From assembly GCF_016433145.1 (NCBI RefSeq), contig NC_058135.1, positions 58,641,075 to 58,705,074 of the forward strand: DNA of 64,000 nt, read 5' to 3'. Of the stretch, positions 50,791-63,287 are shown piece after piece (within the stretch, counting starts at the first letter, position 1; every line of letters starts with the position of its first letter). A program made the position numbers and the translations under genes. The notes beneath the pieces were generated by a model, which did no database searches, was not told the origin of the DNA, and worked only from the letters and a program-made list of their open reading frames with translations. The DNA is from Gracilinanus agilis (Eukaryota).

Positions 50791-52471
50791 AAAAATAAGT
50801 TTTTAAACCAATACAGTTTTATTCTAGTGGTCCACCAAAGATCAGAGATATGGAGCTGAATGGGATGGATAGATGGATGGATGAATGGATGGAGAGAAAG
50901 ATAGATGAATGAATGAAGCATTTATTAAGCTCCTACTATAAGAATAGCACTCTGCTAAATCCTATGGATACAAAAAGAAAAGTAAGATATATCCTTCTCT
51001 AAAGGAACTTATATTTTAATGGAGGAGGCAGCAAATATGGAAAATGTCCAATCTTCTCATTTAATAGCTAAAGAAATAGAAGCTGATAAAGGTTAGATTC
51101 ACAAAGTAGGATTTAAACCCAGGTCCTCTAACTCCAAAGCATGTATCTATTAACTCTTCTCTAAGGTGCATTTTCCCTCTAAACCAATCCACTGCTGTCT
51201 AGTAGAATATTGGAGATCTGCCTTTAATTTTGGACCTTTTTTTGTTCCATTTCTGACTTAATTTCTCCAGGTCTCAGTTTCCATAAGAACAAGAGGAAGG
51301 GTTAGAGGAAATGATCTCTAACATCCTCTCTAGGTGTAACTCTATGATCCTAATCACAGAGTCAGGTGTGCTCCATTGCAAAGAATTAATATTTGAACCA
51401 CTTTAAATAGTATATTATTGCTATTTTCAAACATATATCCAGGAAACTATATCCATGCTATAAAGTCATGATTCTGTGCTTTTTGGACATGTCAAACATG
51501 CCAAACAGATTTAGACTAGAAATTCAATTTCACATCTCATCAGGAAAATATTCCATTTACCAGCTTGACTCCTCACAACAGAGGATGAAAGTACATGACC
51601 CACTATTCCCATAAACAGGCTCCATTTTGTAAATGTTTAAGAATAAGGCAAGACTAGTAGCTTAGGAACCATTAGCATTTCCAAGAATATTACGTTAACT
51701 GTTCCTAAGTGTGACATTTAATTTTTAAAAGGGAAAGTGGTAATTAATTCACAGCCATTCTTGCTACCCAATCTGTTCTAAGCAATCATGAAGTCATACA
51801 ATCCTTTGGCCAAACACTGATATTCTCCTATGTAAATATAGAGAGTGCCAATAAATATGAAAAGAAAGGTCTCCTCCAGCTATGAAATGTTACAAATAGA
51901 TCTATAAAATGGAAGAAAGGCCATGATAAATCTTTTTGTGCAAATCTCTGAAAACAAAATTTTTCTGCTTTGTTCATCTAGTTTATAAAGTCCCTCTGAT
52001 AACGTTCCATGACCATCTTTTACATTACGTCATCTTGCATAAAGTAGTTCTGGATAAGTTTGGACTAGACAAGTTGAGCAACAACACCTCAAGATTAGCT
52101 ATTTTTGAAACAGGTTTTCTTGTTTATTTTGGTTTTTTGTTTCTTGCTTTATGACTTGTGACAAGGCCAAGGATTATAATGGCACCAAGATTTAGAGGTT
52201 AAAACCGTTCCCTTATAAACTACCCTGATGGATCTCCTGATACATAATAGCCCCCAAGCCAGAAGCTCTGATGGCTTAGGAAGGAGATGATTCTTCACCC
52301 AGGAGCACATTCTCTCAGAGGCACCAATACCAAACTAATGCAATAGCAGAAATGGCTTCCATCATCCTGTTGAATACACAACTTGAGCATTCTTCAGTCA
52401 CTTTTTAAAAGCAAATATAATAACAAAGACCTTGCTGAGAAATTTATTTATGTCTTTTTTTTAAATTTTAT

Positions 52472-52475
<4 letters not shown>

Positions 52476-52506
<31 letters not shown>
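52476..52506. repeat. (CA)n microsatellite
   Basis: Direct reading. Confidence 0.95.
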
Positions 52507-52507
<1 letters not shown>

Positions 52508-53739
52508 AACCACTCTAACTTTGGAATTAGAATAACCATAGCCAGCACAGTTAAAGCATTGTCAGATAAACACATCTTGAGTAAATAATATTCTGATAAA
52601 TAGTAGGTAACAAGAAAATCCTTTTAGCCTTCTTCCCAATTTACACTTCACTCAGACATTTCAGAATCATAAAAGCATCCAGGGAGGGAGATTTAAAAAT
52701 CATTATACTACAATATTTGTTTAATAGAAAGTGATGGCTTAAATGTTACAATATGTTTCTTGAATATCTTCACATTAAATAGTAATTGAACAAAAACCCT
52801 CCTGGTTCGGCTCAAGGGCAAGTCCCCCAAAGCTCCTCATTATTGTAATTTCCAACTTGGAAGCCAAACTAAATAACAACGAGTAATTTGCCAATTAGAA
52901 CTTCCTGCTCTTTTCCCTTTATTCCTTAAACACCGTTCAGAGGCTGAAGCAGTCAAACACTTTTAGCTTCAACACAGCAACCGAAAGGATTTAATTTGTG
53001 TCTCTCCGTGGTGAACCTGTCAAAAGGCAGCAGTGATGCATACCATGTCCCAGTGCAACGATTTCCCTTCCGTATAGAGAAATGGGTTTCCATAGTCCAA
53101 TCGAACATGGAGTTTCCTTTTCTCATTTCCTTCCATTTTACTTCCATCGATGATCTCTTCCCCCCAAAACATACACACACAAAAATTATACTTGCTTATC
53201 TCCTGCGTCTTTAAATGCCTTAACAATGGCTCCTGGCATGCAGAATGACCTTAAGAGTAACGGGCCCTCTTGTGATAAATTGAGAGAATCAAACAAAGAA
53301 AAGGGAAGAAAGCAGGACGCATTTTTTGTGGCAAGGACCCAGGGAAGACTCTGGGTCCCTTCTCAGGGGGATATTGGTGAGTAATTGAAGGAAATGCTGA
53401 GTTTCAGAAAGAGGTTAATGAAAAGAAAGACGTAATTTTTTTAATCATCCTTATTAATAGCCCCAACCATCTCAAGATAAAGAATCCCTTGCTATAAATA
53501 ACTGGGAGCCTGAAGAGGGACCTTGGTCCTGGTCTAAGTCTCAGAAAAAGCGGCAGAGACTGTTAAGGGAAGGAACTCTAGCTAAAGCCCCCTGGCATTG
53601 CTTTCCTGTAGATCCAAGTTTTACTTGTAATCTGAGGCGTGTACTTGTTAGTCAAAAACCAGTTGCAGATCCCAAAAGATTAACAGAATTTGTATGCCGG
53701 CTTTCTAATTGCAAGCACATTTACAGATTACCACAAGAT

Positions 53740-54200
53740 TGATCAACTCAATCCCCATTCTCCTGACCTAAGGTTCCCTCCCCCCCCCCCCCCACAAGGT
53801 CCGGGGCTTCCCCAACACCTGAGAGCACTTCCCTTGCCTTGCTCACCGTGGGCACTCCGCCCCCCCCCCCAACCACGGGGGATACGCACATGGCGGAACT
53901 CTAGCCCCAGGAAATTAGTGAAGGAGAAACTGCTTTTCAGATGTTTACTTTTAAAAGGCATTTGTAATCAAGGCTTCCAGTTTGTTTAGTTTCTCCTTTG
54001 CCCGGATGGGTCCTGGAACATGTGGGGGAATAGGACGTTTCTTTCCAGGTCGCTTTGGCCTCCACTTAAAGGAAGTCAGTCGCTGATAGTCGTGATGGCC
54101 CCCAATGGTCCACTCCAAAGGCAAGATAAAGGAAAGGCTTTTACAGTTGAAGGGCAGCAGAGGTCAGGATGCTTAAGTTCAGAGGTCAGAGTGGCCTCTT
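53740..54200 (-). promoter_or_regulatory. promoter-like, CpG-retaining unique segment
   Basis: GC box GGGGCGGAG (53855-53863), YY1-like ACATGGCGG (53888-53896), C runs, minus-strand donor ACG|GTGAGC at 53847. Confidence 0.4.
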
Positions 54201-54429
54201 CCTCTTTCCACGCATTCCCACTGTAGGGCCTCTGGCTAGAAAGCTTTGAAAGGATTCTGATCATTAAGTAAAACTGACATGGGAATTGGATCATGCAATT
54301 ATATGTTATCTCAAGTTTAAATACATATTCTACATCGCATCCATCCCTTCCCTTAGAACCACCTCCAAGGCTCAGTGATGCTAAGGATAACAATAATGGT
54401 CATTAGACTAATAATTCTGATAGAATGAC

Positions 54430-54670
54430 AATAACTAGCATTTACATAGTTCTTTAAGGTTTACAAAGTGCCTTACAAATATGATGTGATTCTCCCACCA
54501 CCCTTGGGAGGCTGGTAATGCTGTTAACCCCATCTTACAAACGAAGGATCAAGGCAGACGGAGGTAAAATGTCTTGCCCAGAGTCAAACAACTGGTAAGT
54601 GTCCATGGCTGGATTTGAACTCAGTCAGGTCTTCCTGACTCCAGCACTCTATTCTCTGGGCCATCTGGCT
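54430..54670 (-). mobile_element. MIR
   Basis: ctagcatttacatagttctttaaggtttacaaagtgc...ggctggatttgaactc. Confidence 0.8.
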
Positions 54671-54869
54671 GTTTTACATCATTTAAATTTCACAGTCCCT
54701 CAAAATAACAGCCTTAAACAAAGCTGGAGAAAAGAAGATGACATATGATATCTAATGTATCTAATAATCTAAAATACTTCAAACTACTCCGATTAGTAAG
54801 GGGGGGGGCGGTGGTTTGAAGTGTTGTGGCTGAAGAACTACATCCCCCAATGAGTCCCAGGGGGTCCCT

Positions 54870-55025
54870 TCCCCTTACTTCCTGGCATGGGATTGGTCTT
54901 GAATAGACCAATCCCGTGCTGGGGGAGGGACCAGGGACCATGCGCCCCCCCCCATTTCCTGGTGTGGGATTGGTCCTGAATAAACCAATCCCGTGCTAGG
55001 GTAGACCACACCCCCTACTTCCTGG
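54870..55025. repeat. tandem of two palindromic CCAAT/ETS modules (period 77 bp)
   Basis: GGGATTGGTCT-tgaat-AGACCAATCCC (54889-54915); second copy 54966-54992; (A)(C/T)TTCCTGG at 54877, 54954, 55017. Confidence 0.9.
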
Positions 55026-55149
55026 AACTTTGAATCTGAGATGATTCAGTAGTTAATTTCAGCCTAGGTGAACTCCACAAATTTTTTCTTTAAATAAAGT
55101 TTTAGAAGGATTAAAGATAGAGGTTTGTTTTTTTTTTTTTTTAGCATCC

Positions 55150-55385
55150 TCAAGTGGTACTGTGGCTATAGTGTCAGACCTAGAGTTGGGAAGATTCGAG
55201 TTCAAATCCAGGCTCAGACATACTAGCAATGTGACTCCAGGACAAGACACAAGCTCAATCTCTTCCATTTAAAATGGGAATAATAATAGCACCCACCTTG
55301 AGGATTAAATGATATAATATTTGTAAAACGTACTTGGCACAGTGCCTGGCACATAGTAGGAGCAATAGAAATGCTTATTCTCTTC
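55150..55385 (+). mobile_element. MIR/MAR1-type SINE
   Basis: ggaagattcgagttcaaatccaggctcagacatactagc...ggcacagtgcctggcacatagtagg. Confidence 0.8.
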
Positions 55386-55609
55386 ATCTTCCTCCTGCTA
55401 ATCTACTATCTCACACCTTCTGTTAACAGAATAAAATAATTTGAGAGGTGAAAAGGGAGCTAGCTGTATAACCAACCAAGTGGATCCATATTCCAAAGGA
55501 ATCCCTATTATAATATTATTAATAAGTATCAATTTTAAAGACTTCCAAGGAGGAGAGACCTAAAAGCTCTAGAATGGAGATTTTTACCAGGAGTCCATAG
55601 ATCCTAGGG

Positions 55610-55814
55610 CCATGTTGGCAAACTTAACGGCACATGTACCAGAGGAGGCTGTTCCCCTTCCCCTCTCCACCATGGCTGAGGACATTTTTTCACATCACCC
55701 AGCCCTCTGCCCAGCAGCCCAATGGGAGCACTTCCTCCATCCCCTATCTGAGGTAAGGGATATGTGAGGTAAGGTAGTTTGGACACTTGGTCTCTAAAAG
55801 GTTCGTCATTACCG
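55610..55814. mobile_element. hAT MITE, 205 bp
   Basis: TIRs ccatgttggcaaactt / aggttcgtcattaccg; TSD tcctaggg / tcctaaag; internal sequence shared with 21117-21332. Confidence 0.85.
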
Positions 55815-56569
55815 TCCTAAAGGGGAATCAAGGATAGGTTTCAAGAGTCCATGAATGTGGATAGGGGGAAAATTTTTCTTTGTTTCTTTTGTAATTCTAT
55901 CCATTTTATTTTATTAGAGGGGGCAGGCTTTATCAGACTGCTAGAGGAGTCCTTGGCACAAAAACTGTTGAGACTGTTGCTTTAGGGGCATCTCAGTCCT
56001 CTTATGGAGAGCTCTAATCATTTTGAATTTTTCATCGTCCTACCCTCTTCCCTATCTGTTTACTCCCCTCACCCTCAACATCTGTTACCTCATCTCAGCT
56101 AAGGTGTTAGCTAATCCAAATTTAAGGTTTCTTCCATCTCAAGGGAGTATATGCATTTGGTTGAGACTTTTTGGAGCCATGAAAACCCCAAAGAATTATT
56201 AGCCAATAGTAGAATGCTGCTGGAAATGGAAGAAAAGTCTATTCTATATCCTCCAAATGTCAAGAGAAAAGCTCTGCCTCAAAAAACTGCTCTGAGCACA
56301 AGAATCTTTGGCATTGCTATTTACTGGAAATTTCCCTGATATTTTACTTCTTATTGTAAAATTACCAAGACTTATTGCCCTCCGTTTTACAGATAGGAAC
56401 ACTGAGAGTCAAATAAAGAGAAAAATTCAGGTAGTTCACAGTAGATTTTATTTATGCTTCTAAAAAACCCTGAAGATCCATCAAAGTGGCCACTTATGGA
56501 CTCATTGAAACAGAAGACAAACTATACTAGAAAACTATTAGAAAAGAATAGGTGGTACAGAAAAGGGCT

Positions 56570-56775
56570 TAGAATCAAAAAGATTCAGCTTCATGAGTTT
56601 GAATCCTGCCTCAGATGTTTATATAAGACCCTGGGCAAGTCAGTTAACCCTCATTTTCCCTATCTATAACATGAGCTGGAAAAGGAAATAGCAAACTACT
56701 CTAGGATCTTTGCCAAGAAAAGCCTGAATGGGGTCAGGAAGAGTAGGACACAACTGAAATGATTGACCAACAAAG
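56570..56775 (+). mobile_element. MAR1-type SINE
   Basis: gagctggaaaaggaaatagcaaactactctaggatctttgccaagaaaa. Confidence 0.8.
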
Positions 56776-57889
56776 GAATTAAGTACAGAAATATTCCTTT
56801 TCAACCTCTTACTCTAACCTGAAGGCCATGATTCCCATCTAGGCCATCAGATGTTATCTGATGATTCAGTCATCATAGCAGGATGTGTTCGTTCCCTCCA
56901 TATTTCCAGTGCTTATGAGTGGGTTGGACTCCCATTTTGGAAAAAAGAGCTCTCAATGTCACTGCCTTAAAGCTAAGTACCAGATATAATCATTCAATAT
57001 GGAAAGAAAAAATAAATGGGAGAGGCCTGGGAAGTTAAATAATTATTGAATTGGGAGAAAGGAGTGGTGTTTAATTCTAACACCTACATAGGATTTTAAT
57101 GTCTACCATCTTAGATTAGTGTGTACGTGTGTGTGTGTGTGTACCTATATCTGTGTGCGTGTGTGAATACAAAAAGAGAGAGCCAGAAAGAGACATGGAG
57201 AGAGACAGAGACAGAGAAGGTATTGGTGTAGAAAGGGAGAGCAGGGCACAAAAAATAGAATGTCCTGATTGCTACTTTCCCAGCAGACTTAAGGAAATGG
57301 AAATGCACCATCGTTTGTCTTTTTTACAGATACCCTGCTCTGAGAAAATTCCAGTTAGAATAAACTAAACTAAAAGGAAGTTAAGGACTGTGGTGTTAAA
57401 TGGCATCTCCTATTCCCTATGCAATTTTTTCCCAAACATTTAGCATCTACAGAGAGCTTTCCAGACGCACAAGTGTAATCGCAACCAGTTACTTGTTATG
57501 ATCATTACCAAAATTGGACATCTGTGGCCATGAAATCACACCAGTTGGTATACACTGTGGTCTACAAATTATCGTGACTCTTACCTAGAGCCTTTATGGG
57601 ACAAGAACCCTTGAAAAGTCATTTCTTAGCGATCAAAAGAGGATGAAGAAAAGTTTAATATACTGCACTTGGTTGATTAAGGTTGGCACAATGGAAAGAG
57701 TATTGGTTTTGAAATCAAAGATCTATGTGACCTTGGGCAAATTATTTAATCTGTCCTGGCTTCAGTTTCCTCCTCTGTAAAAATGAGGAAGTTGGACTAG
57801 ATAGCCCCTGAGGTTGGTCAGATGAGTAAGATCTATAAATGAGTACATATTTATTAAGCCTTAGCACTAATTACACCATAACACTAAAC

Positions 57890-58590
57890 TCTACAAAACA
57901 GTAACATCCTCCATTAAGAAAGGCATAATATCCAAGCAATGGTAATATTTCAATCCTGGAATATTCCATTCAATTCTGGATAGTATGCTTTTAGGAAGAG
58001 AATTAAAAAGCTGATATATTTCCAGAAAAGGTCATCCAGGATGGCAAGGGTCCTAGAGACAATGCTGTGTAAGAATCAATTAAAATACAGAAAATAGGAG
58101 TCAGTTAGGTGGCCCAGTGGATAGAGAGCCATGCCTGGAGATAGAAGGACCTGGGCTCAAATCTGACCTCAGGCATTTCTTAGCTGTGTGACCCTGGGCA
58201 AGTCACTTAAACCCATTTGCCTCACCCTGATCACTTTTCTGCCTTGTAAAGGTTTAAAAAAATAACTAGGAATATTTAGTCTGAAGAAGGAAGGATTAAG
58301 GGAACTTATGTTAGCAGTCTTAAAATAATATTTCAAGGGCTGGCATGTAGCAAAACAATTAGATTAAATGGTAAAAGTTGCACAGAAATAAATTTTGGCT
58401 TGATATCAAGGTAATGACGCAGCTAATTAAAAAACTTTCTAACAAATTAGGGTTATTAAAAAATGGGTTCGACTGCCTTGGGAAGTAGTAGAGTCCCTCT
58501 CACTAGATACTGTCAAGCAAGCACTTGATGACCACTGTTCAGAGATGTTACAAAACTTATTAGACCTAGATCGTCATTGAGGCTCCTTCC
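57890..58590 (+). mobile_element. L3/CR1 fragment with a SINE1_Mdo inserted at about 58097-58264
   Basis: ttcaattctgg...tccagaaaaggtcatccaggatgg...ctgccttgggaagtagtagagtccctctcact. Confidence 0.8.
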
Positions 58591-58632
58591 AGTGCTTAAG
58601 TGTCCGTGTTTGGGGCTTGTAAATCTTATAAA

Positions 58633-58880
58633 GGGCAGCCAGGTGGCAACATAGTGCATGGAACACCAGTCCTGGAATCAGGGAAGACCTGAGTTCAACT
58701 CTACCCTCAGACCTGCTGTGTGACCTTGGTAAAGTCACTTAACTCTGTTTGCCTCTGTTTCCTCATCAGTACAATGAGTTAGAGAAGGAAATGGCAAACC
58801 ACTCCAGTATCTTTGCTGAGAAAACCCCAAATGGAGTCCCAAAAAGTCAGACATAACTGAAACAGCTAAATAACAGTAAC
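58633..58880 (+). mobile_element. MAR1-type SINE
   Basis: agagaaggaaatggcaaaccactccagtatctttgc. Confidence 0.88.
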
Positions 58881-60371
58881 TAATCTTCAAAGCCCTATAA
58901 AAATATGAGTTTTATTGATGGGAATGGTTTTCCAGCTTTTACACTAACTAATGATACAAGTACCTTAAAGTATAGAAAACTCGGAACACTATCAATAAAT
59001 CCCCATCAATGACTATTTATTGTGCTTACTGTTGCATGTGATTCTTCTCTGAATGGTGATGATTTTATATAAAATAAGGAAAATGTAGTCTTAGCCCTGT
59101 GGGAGCTTACAATATATAAAAAAGAAAAAGAAATCTATGTTGGCAGGATCCAAATGTCTGACTTTAAGCCATTGGGAAAATATATGTTCTGTCATGGAGG
59201 TGTAGGAGCAGCTTAATATAAATGAGTCTACAGATTACAGCAAATCAGACATCCACACGGATGTTGAATTGTGGGACATCTCAAGAATCTGGCCCTAACC
59301 ATGACTTGGATTTTATTTACGGCTCAGTCTTTAGATTTTGGGGGTCTTTTATCCTGTTGCCAATAAAAAGGCAGAGGCGAGAGGTAATGGAAAGCAAAGA
59401 GTAGCTTGCTGTTCTGTGCAATTAGATGGATGATAATGTAGATGAATGCTAGATGATCAGGAGGCCATTTAGGGTATTTAGATTTAATAAATGTGTCTGA
59501 ATTGATAGCCTGCAGGAAATTGTCCCATATAAACATGTAAAAGATGATGACATATAGCCTCTAATGTATCCAATAATCTGAAATACTTCAAATAAAGCGA
59601 CTCCTATTATTTGGTGGAAGAGGAAATAAAGTCACCGATGGACTACTGAGATGGTCTAAGCCATAAGTGCTGTTGTATCATGTGGTGCTTTCCTCTAAGA
59701 GTTAACTTGCCCCCTTTGTGATTCTCAAAAAAGAGAATCTATTAGGCTTCTTAAGTTTCTGAAGTCTTGGCAGTTCTCCTCTGTCTAGTTAATCAAGTAA
59801 TACCTCCTAAGGGTACTTCTGAGATGAGTAAAAGCTGGGGTCATAATTTCTAAGCTGTCATGAAAATGGGATCTTATACATGGGACCAACCCCAGGGGTG
59901 TTACACAGTATGCAAAATCATTTCTGTCTGGAAAAGCAGAGAAAAGAAATGTATGGATGTGGTGAAAAGGTCTTGCAGTTTTCTAATTTATTTGAACAGC
60001 ATGTTTCACAAATAATTGAGATTAGGAAAAAAATAATCAACAGTTATATAAGGTAAGGAAATTGTACCTAAGGCTAATGGAAGAGGGAAAAAAAAACAAC
60101 TTTTCAGGTCACTGGTAAAACTCGAAGATGTAACTTTTATTGCCTACTTACAAATCTCAGTAACTGAATGTATTACATAGGACTATGCTTTTTTGTTTAA
60201 CATTGTGCCCTCTGAATAAAAGTTTGGGAGAGGAGGAATTATCCCCTTGACTTTTGCTGTGGGATTTTCTTGTGAAAGAAATACTTAACGGCTGAAAATA
60301 ATAATTCCATCTTGTAAGTCACTTAACATCTCTCAGTTTTCCCATCTGTGAAATGAGAAGAATGGTCTAGA

Positions 60372-60617
60372 TCAGGAGTTTTTAACCTGGAGTTTGAGGA
60401 TAGATTTCAAGAGTTCTATGAACTTGGATGGGAAAAGTTACAACTTAATTTTTATTAACTTTTTAACTAAATTTTAGCATTTTCTTCAGCTCTGATTTTT
60501 TAAAAATTTTTCTAAAAAAAGTTTTAATTAAAATATTTTTAAATATCCATGGATTTTACCAGATTGCCAAGGAATCCATGAGATGCCTGGGCACATATGC
60601 ATGCATGCATGCAGACG

Positions 60618-60664
<47 letters not shown>

Positions 60665-60695
60665 AGGATCAGAACAGCCAAGAATCCTTGCCTAG
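60372..60695. mobile_element. old MER5/Charlie-like hAT element containing a (CG)n(CA)n microsatellite
   Basis: caggagtttttaacctgg ... aagaatccttg termini. Confidence 0.6.
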
Positions 60696-60769
60696 GTAGC
60701 CTCTGGGGGGTTTTCCAGCTCTTAATCAAAAATAAATATGAAAAACAAAATGATCATAAAAAACCTGCA

Positions 60770-61200
60770 AAAACTTGCATGAAGTGATGCAAAGTAAAGG
60801 GAGCAGAACCAGGAGAACATTGTACACAGTAACAACAATCATGTATGATCATCAACTGTGAATGCCCTAACTGCTATCCCACAAAGTAAGGATCCAAGAC
60901 AACCCCAAGAGACTCCTGATGAAAAAGGATACCCACCACCATAGAGAGAACAGTCTGTACACAGATCGAAACATACCATTTTTCACTCTATTTTCTCCAT
61001 AAATTTTTCTCCAGTGTAAGCAATATGTGTCTTGTTTCACAACATGATGAGCATGGAAATATATATTATATAATAATATATGTACAACCTATATTATTTT
61101 TCCTGCCTTTATTGGGAAGGGGTGGGAGAAAACATGGATTACAAAATGTCAGAAGACAAATATTTAAAATTGTATCAATGTTAAAAAAAATTTTTTAAGT
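60770..61200 (+). mobile_element. marsupial L1 3' end
   Basis: gagcagaaccaggagaacattgtacacagtaacaaca...atgtacaacctatatt. Confidence 0.85.
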
Positions 61201-63002
61201 AAGTAGAATTTTCTCAAACTTTGAGTCCTTAACCTTATAAATCTGTAAACTGAAAATTTACTAGTTCTTCAAAAGGTAAAGAAAGGAAATGTCCAGGTAT
61301 TAAAACGATTACTCACTGGGCCTGGGTTCATCAGAAGACCTGGATTTCATGAGTCTTTGGATCACTGGATTTTATGAGCTTAAAAATCCTAATCATATGG
61401 AAAGAACTTTGAGAATCAACAATAGTCCAAATCATTTTTTTTTCTTTTTTTACTGATGAACTAAATGCAACCCAATGAACTGAAGGGCCTTCCTCAAGGC
61501 TGCAAAGGTGGTAAATGGCAAAACAAGAATTCAAATCCAACATATTGAACTCCAAACCAAAAGTACTAACTCTTTCTCTTTTACAAAGGTGTCTCTAGGC
61601 CTTCTTTTCTTCCTCAGTTTCCTCACTTATAAAACAAACTGGATGATCACCAAGTTCACTTCTAGCTCTAATATCTTAGTGATTTTGTAAACTGTTTCAG
61701 CAGCAAAAAAATTAATTAGCTAGATAACTTGCAGAAGACTAAATTACCATTCAAGTTTCTGATTTGATTCAGAAGACCTTTGATACTCTCACAGATTTTA
61801 TTACTACTTAGCATTTCCCAGTCCAAAACAGTTTACAATATTAATTATAGAAGTTAAATTAAATAGTTATTTGTTAAAGTTATTTACAAATTAACTATTC
61901 CTCCAGTAAGTTTCTCTCTTAATTTGAAATTACATACTAGTCTTGATGACAGACTAGAAACAGAAGTGATGCCCTTTCTGGGGTCTTCAGCCTGAATACA
62001 AAGTTAAAACAGGAAATATATATTCCTTCATATATTACATATTATACATATAGCTTTGTATAGTACAATGAATATTGGGTTTTGTGCCATTTAGAAAATT
62101 GGGTGGCAGTAGAATTGTGTGTCGGCTAAGGTGGGGTTAGAGGGGTTTGGGGGAAAGGGAAAGAACATGAAATATGTAACCATGGGAAAATATTCAAAAT
62201 TAAAAAGGAAAAGAAAAAAGAAAAAAGAAAGAAAATTAGATGGCATCTTGATTGAATATGGGGTTTTTGAGTCAAGAAGACCTGAATTCAAATTCAGATG
62301 TTGGTTGTATCACTTGGGCAAGTTACTTTACCTCTGATTGTTTCCTCATCTGTAAAATGATAATAACAATAATAGTAACTCCCTCCACAAGGTTATCAAG
62401 AAGGTCCAATGAGGTAACCTAGGAAAGTGCTTTCCAAATAGATGCCCTCATTATCATTATGTTATCTAATTCACCTGCCCTTCCACACATCTTCATTACA
62501 ATGTGATTGATATTCATTATGATGACATTCCCTCAAGGTGCTAAATGACCTCAGAGTGCATCTAGAATATGAAATAAGAAAGGTGAATTTATATTCTGTA
62601 GAGTTTTAGGATTAAGTGTACATTTCTATTCTAATTCTTTCAAAATTATCAATCCATAGATTTAGTACTTGAATATTTGATATTCTTCTAGATTCTTCTG
62701 CCATTAGAGTTTCAAAGAATGTTAAAGTTAATCAAATCCAAATTCCTTGTTTTAGAAATGAGAAAACTGAGGCAGTGAAGAGACTTGCCAAGGTCACATA
62801 GGTAGCATCTTTCAAGAGTTTACAGTACCCGCTCCACCACCAAAGACAAGGGAGAATTCTTTAGTGTTTTAGACTAGTTAGAACAAACTACCTCTGTATA
62901 GATTTGGTTTGGTTTGGGAGTGTCAGATACCATAGACCAGTACCAGATCCACCAAACAAATAAGTAATCCAGCAGATTTAAGCTCTTTAGAAAGTCAACC
63001 AC

Positions 63003-63287
63003 ACTCAGAGGAAGAACTGCAGGAGTGGAAACACAGAAGAAAAACAACTGCTTGAACACATGGGTTGAAGCAGACATGATTGGGGATGTAGACTCGAAAC
63101 TACCACACCAATGCAACTATCAAAAATATGGAAATAGGTCTTGATTGATGACACATGTTAAAACCAGTGGAAATGTGTGTCAGCTATTGGGGGGGATGAA
63201 GCGGGGTGAAGGGGAAAGTAAGAGCATGAATCATGTAACCATGTTAACTTTTCTAAAAAATAAATATTATTAAATGTTAAAAAAAAA
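63003..63287 (+). mobile_element. 5'-truncated L1 with A tail
   Basis: 14-bp TSD agaaagtcaaccac at 62989-63002 and 63288-63301. Confidence 0.92.

Noticed and set aside
51690-52033. TTACGTTAA and ATTACGTCAT (CRE/PAR-like) sites
   Set aside because: Two isolated short motifs are not enough to call an enhancer
57585-57624. 40-nt minus-strand exon-like segment (TAG|GTAAGA donor)
   Set aside because: It lies upstream of the putative promoter, is not frame-preserving and has a mediocre acceptor; likely cryptic
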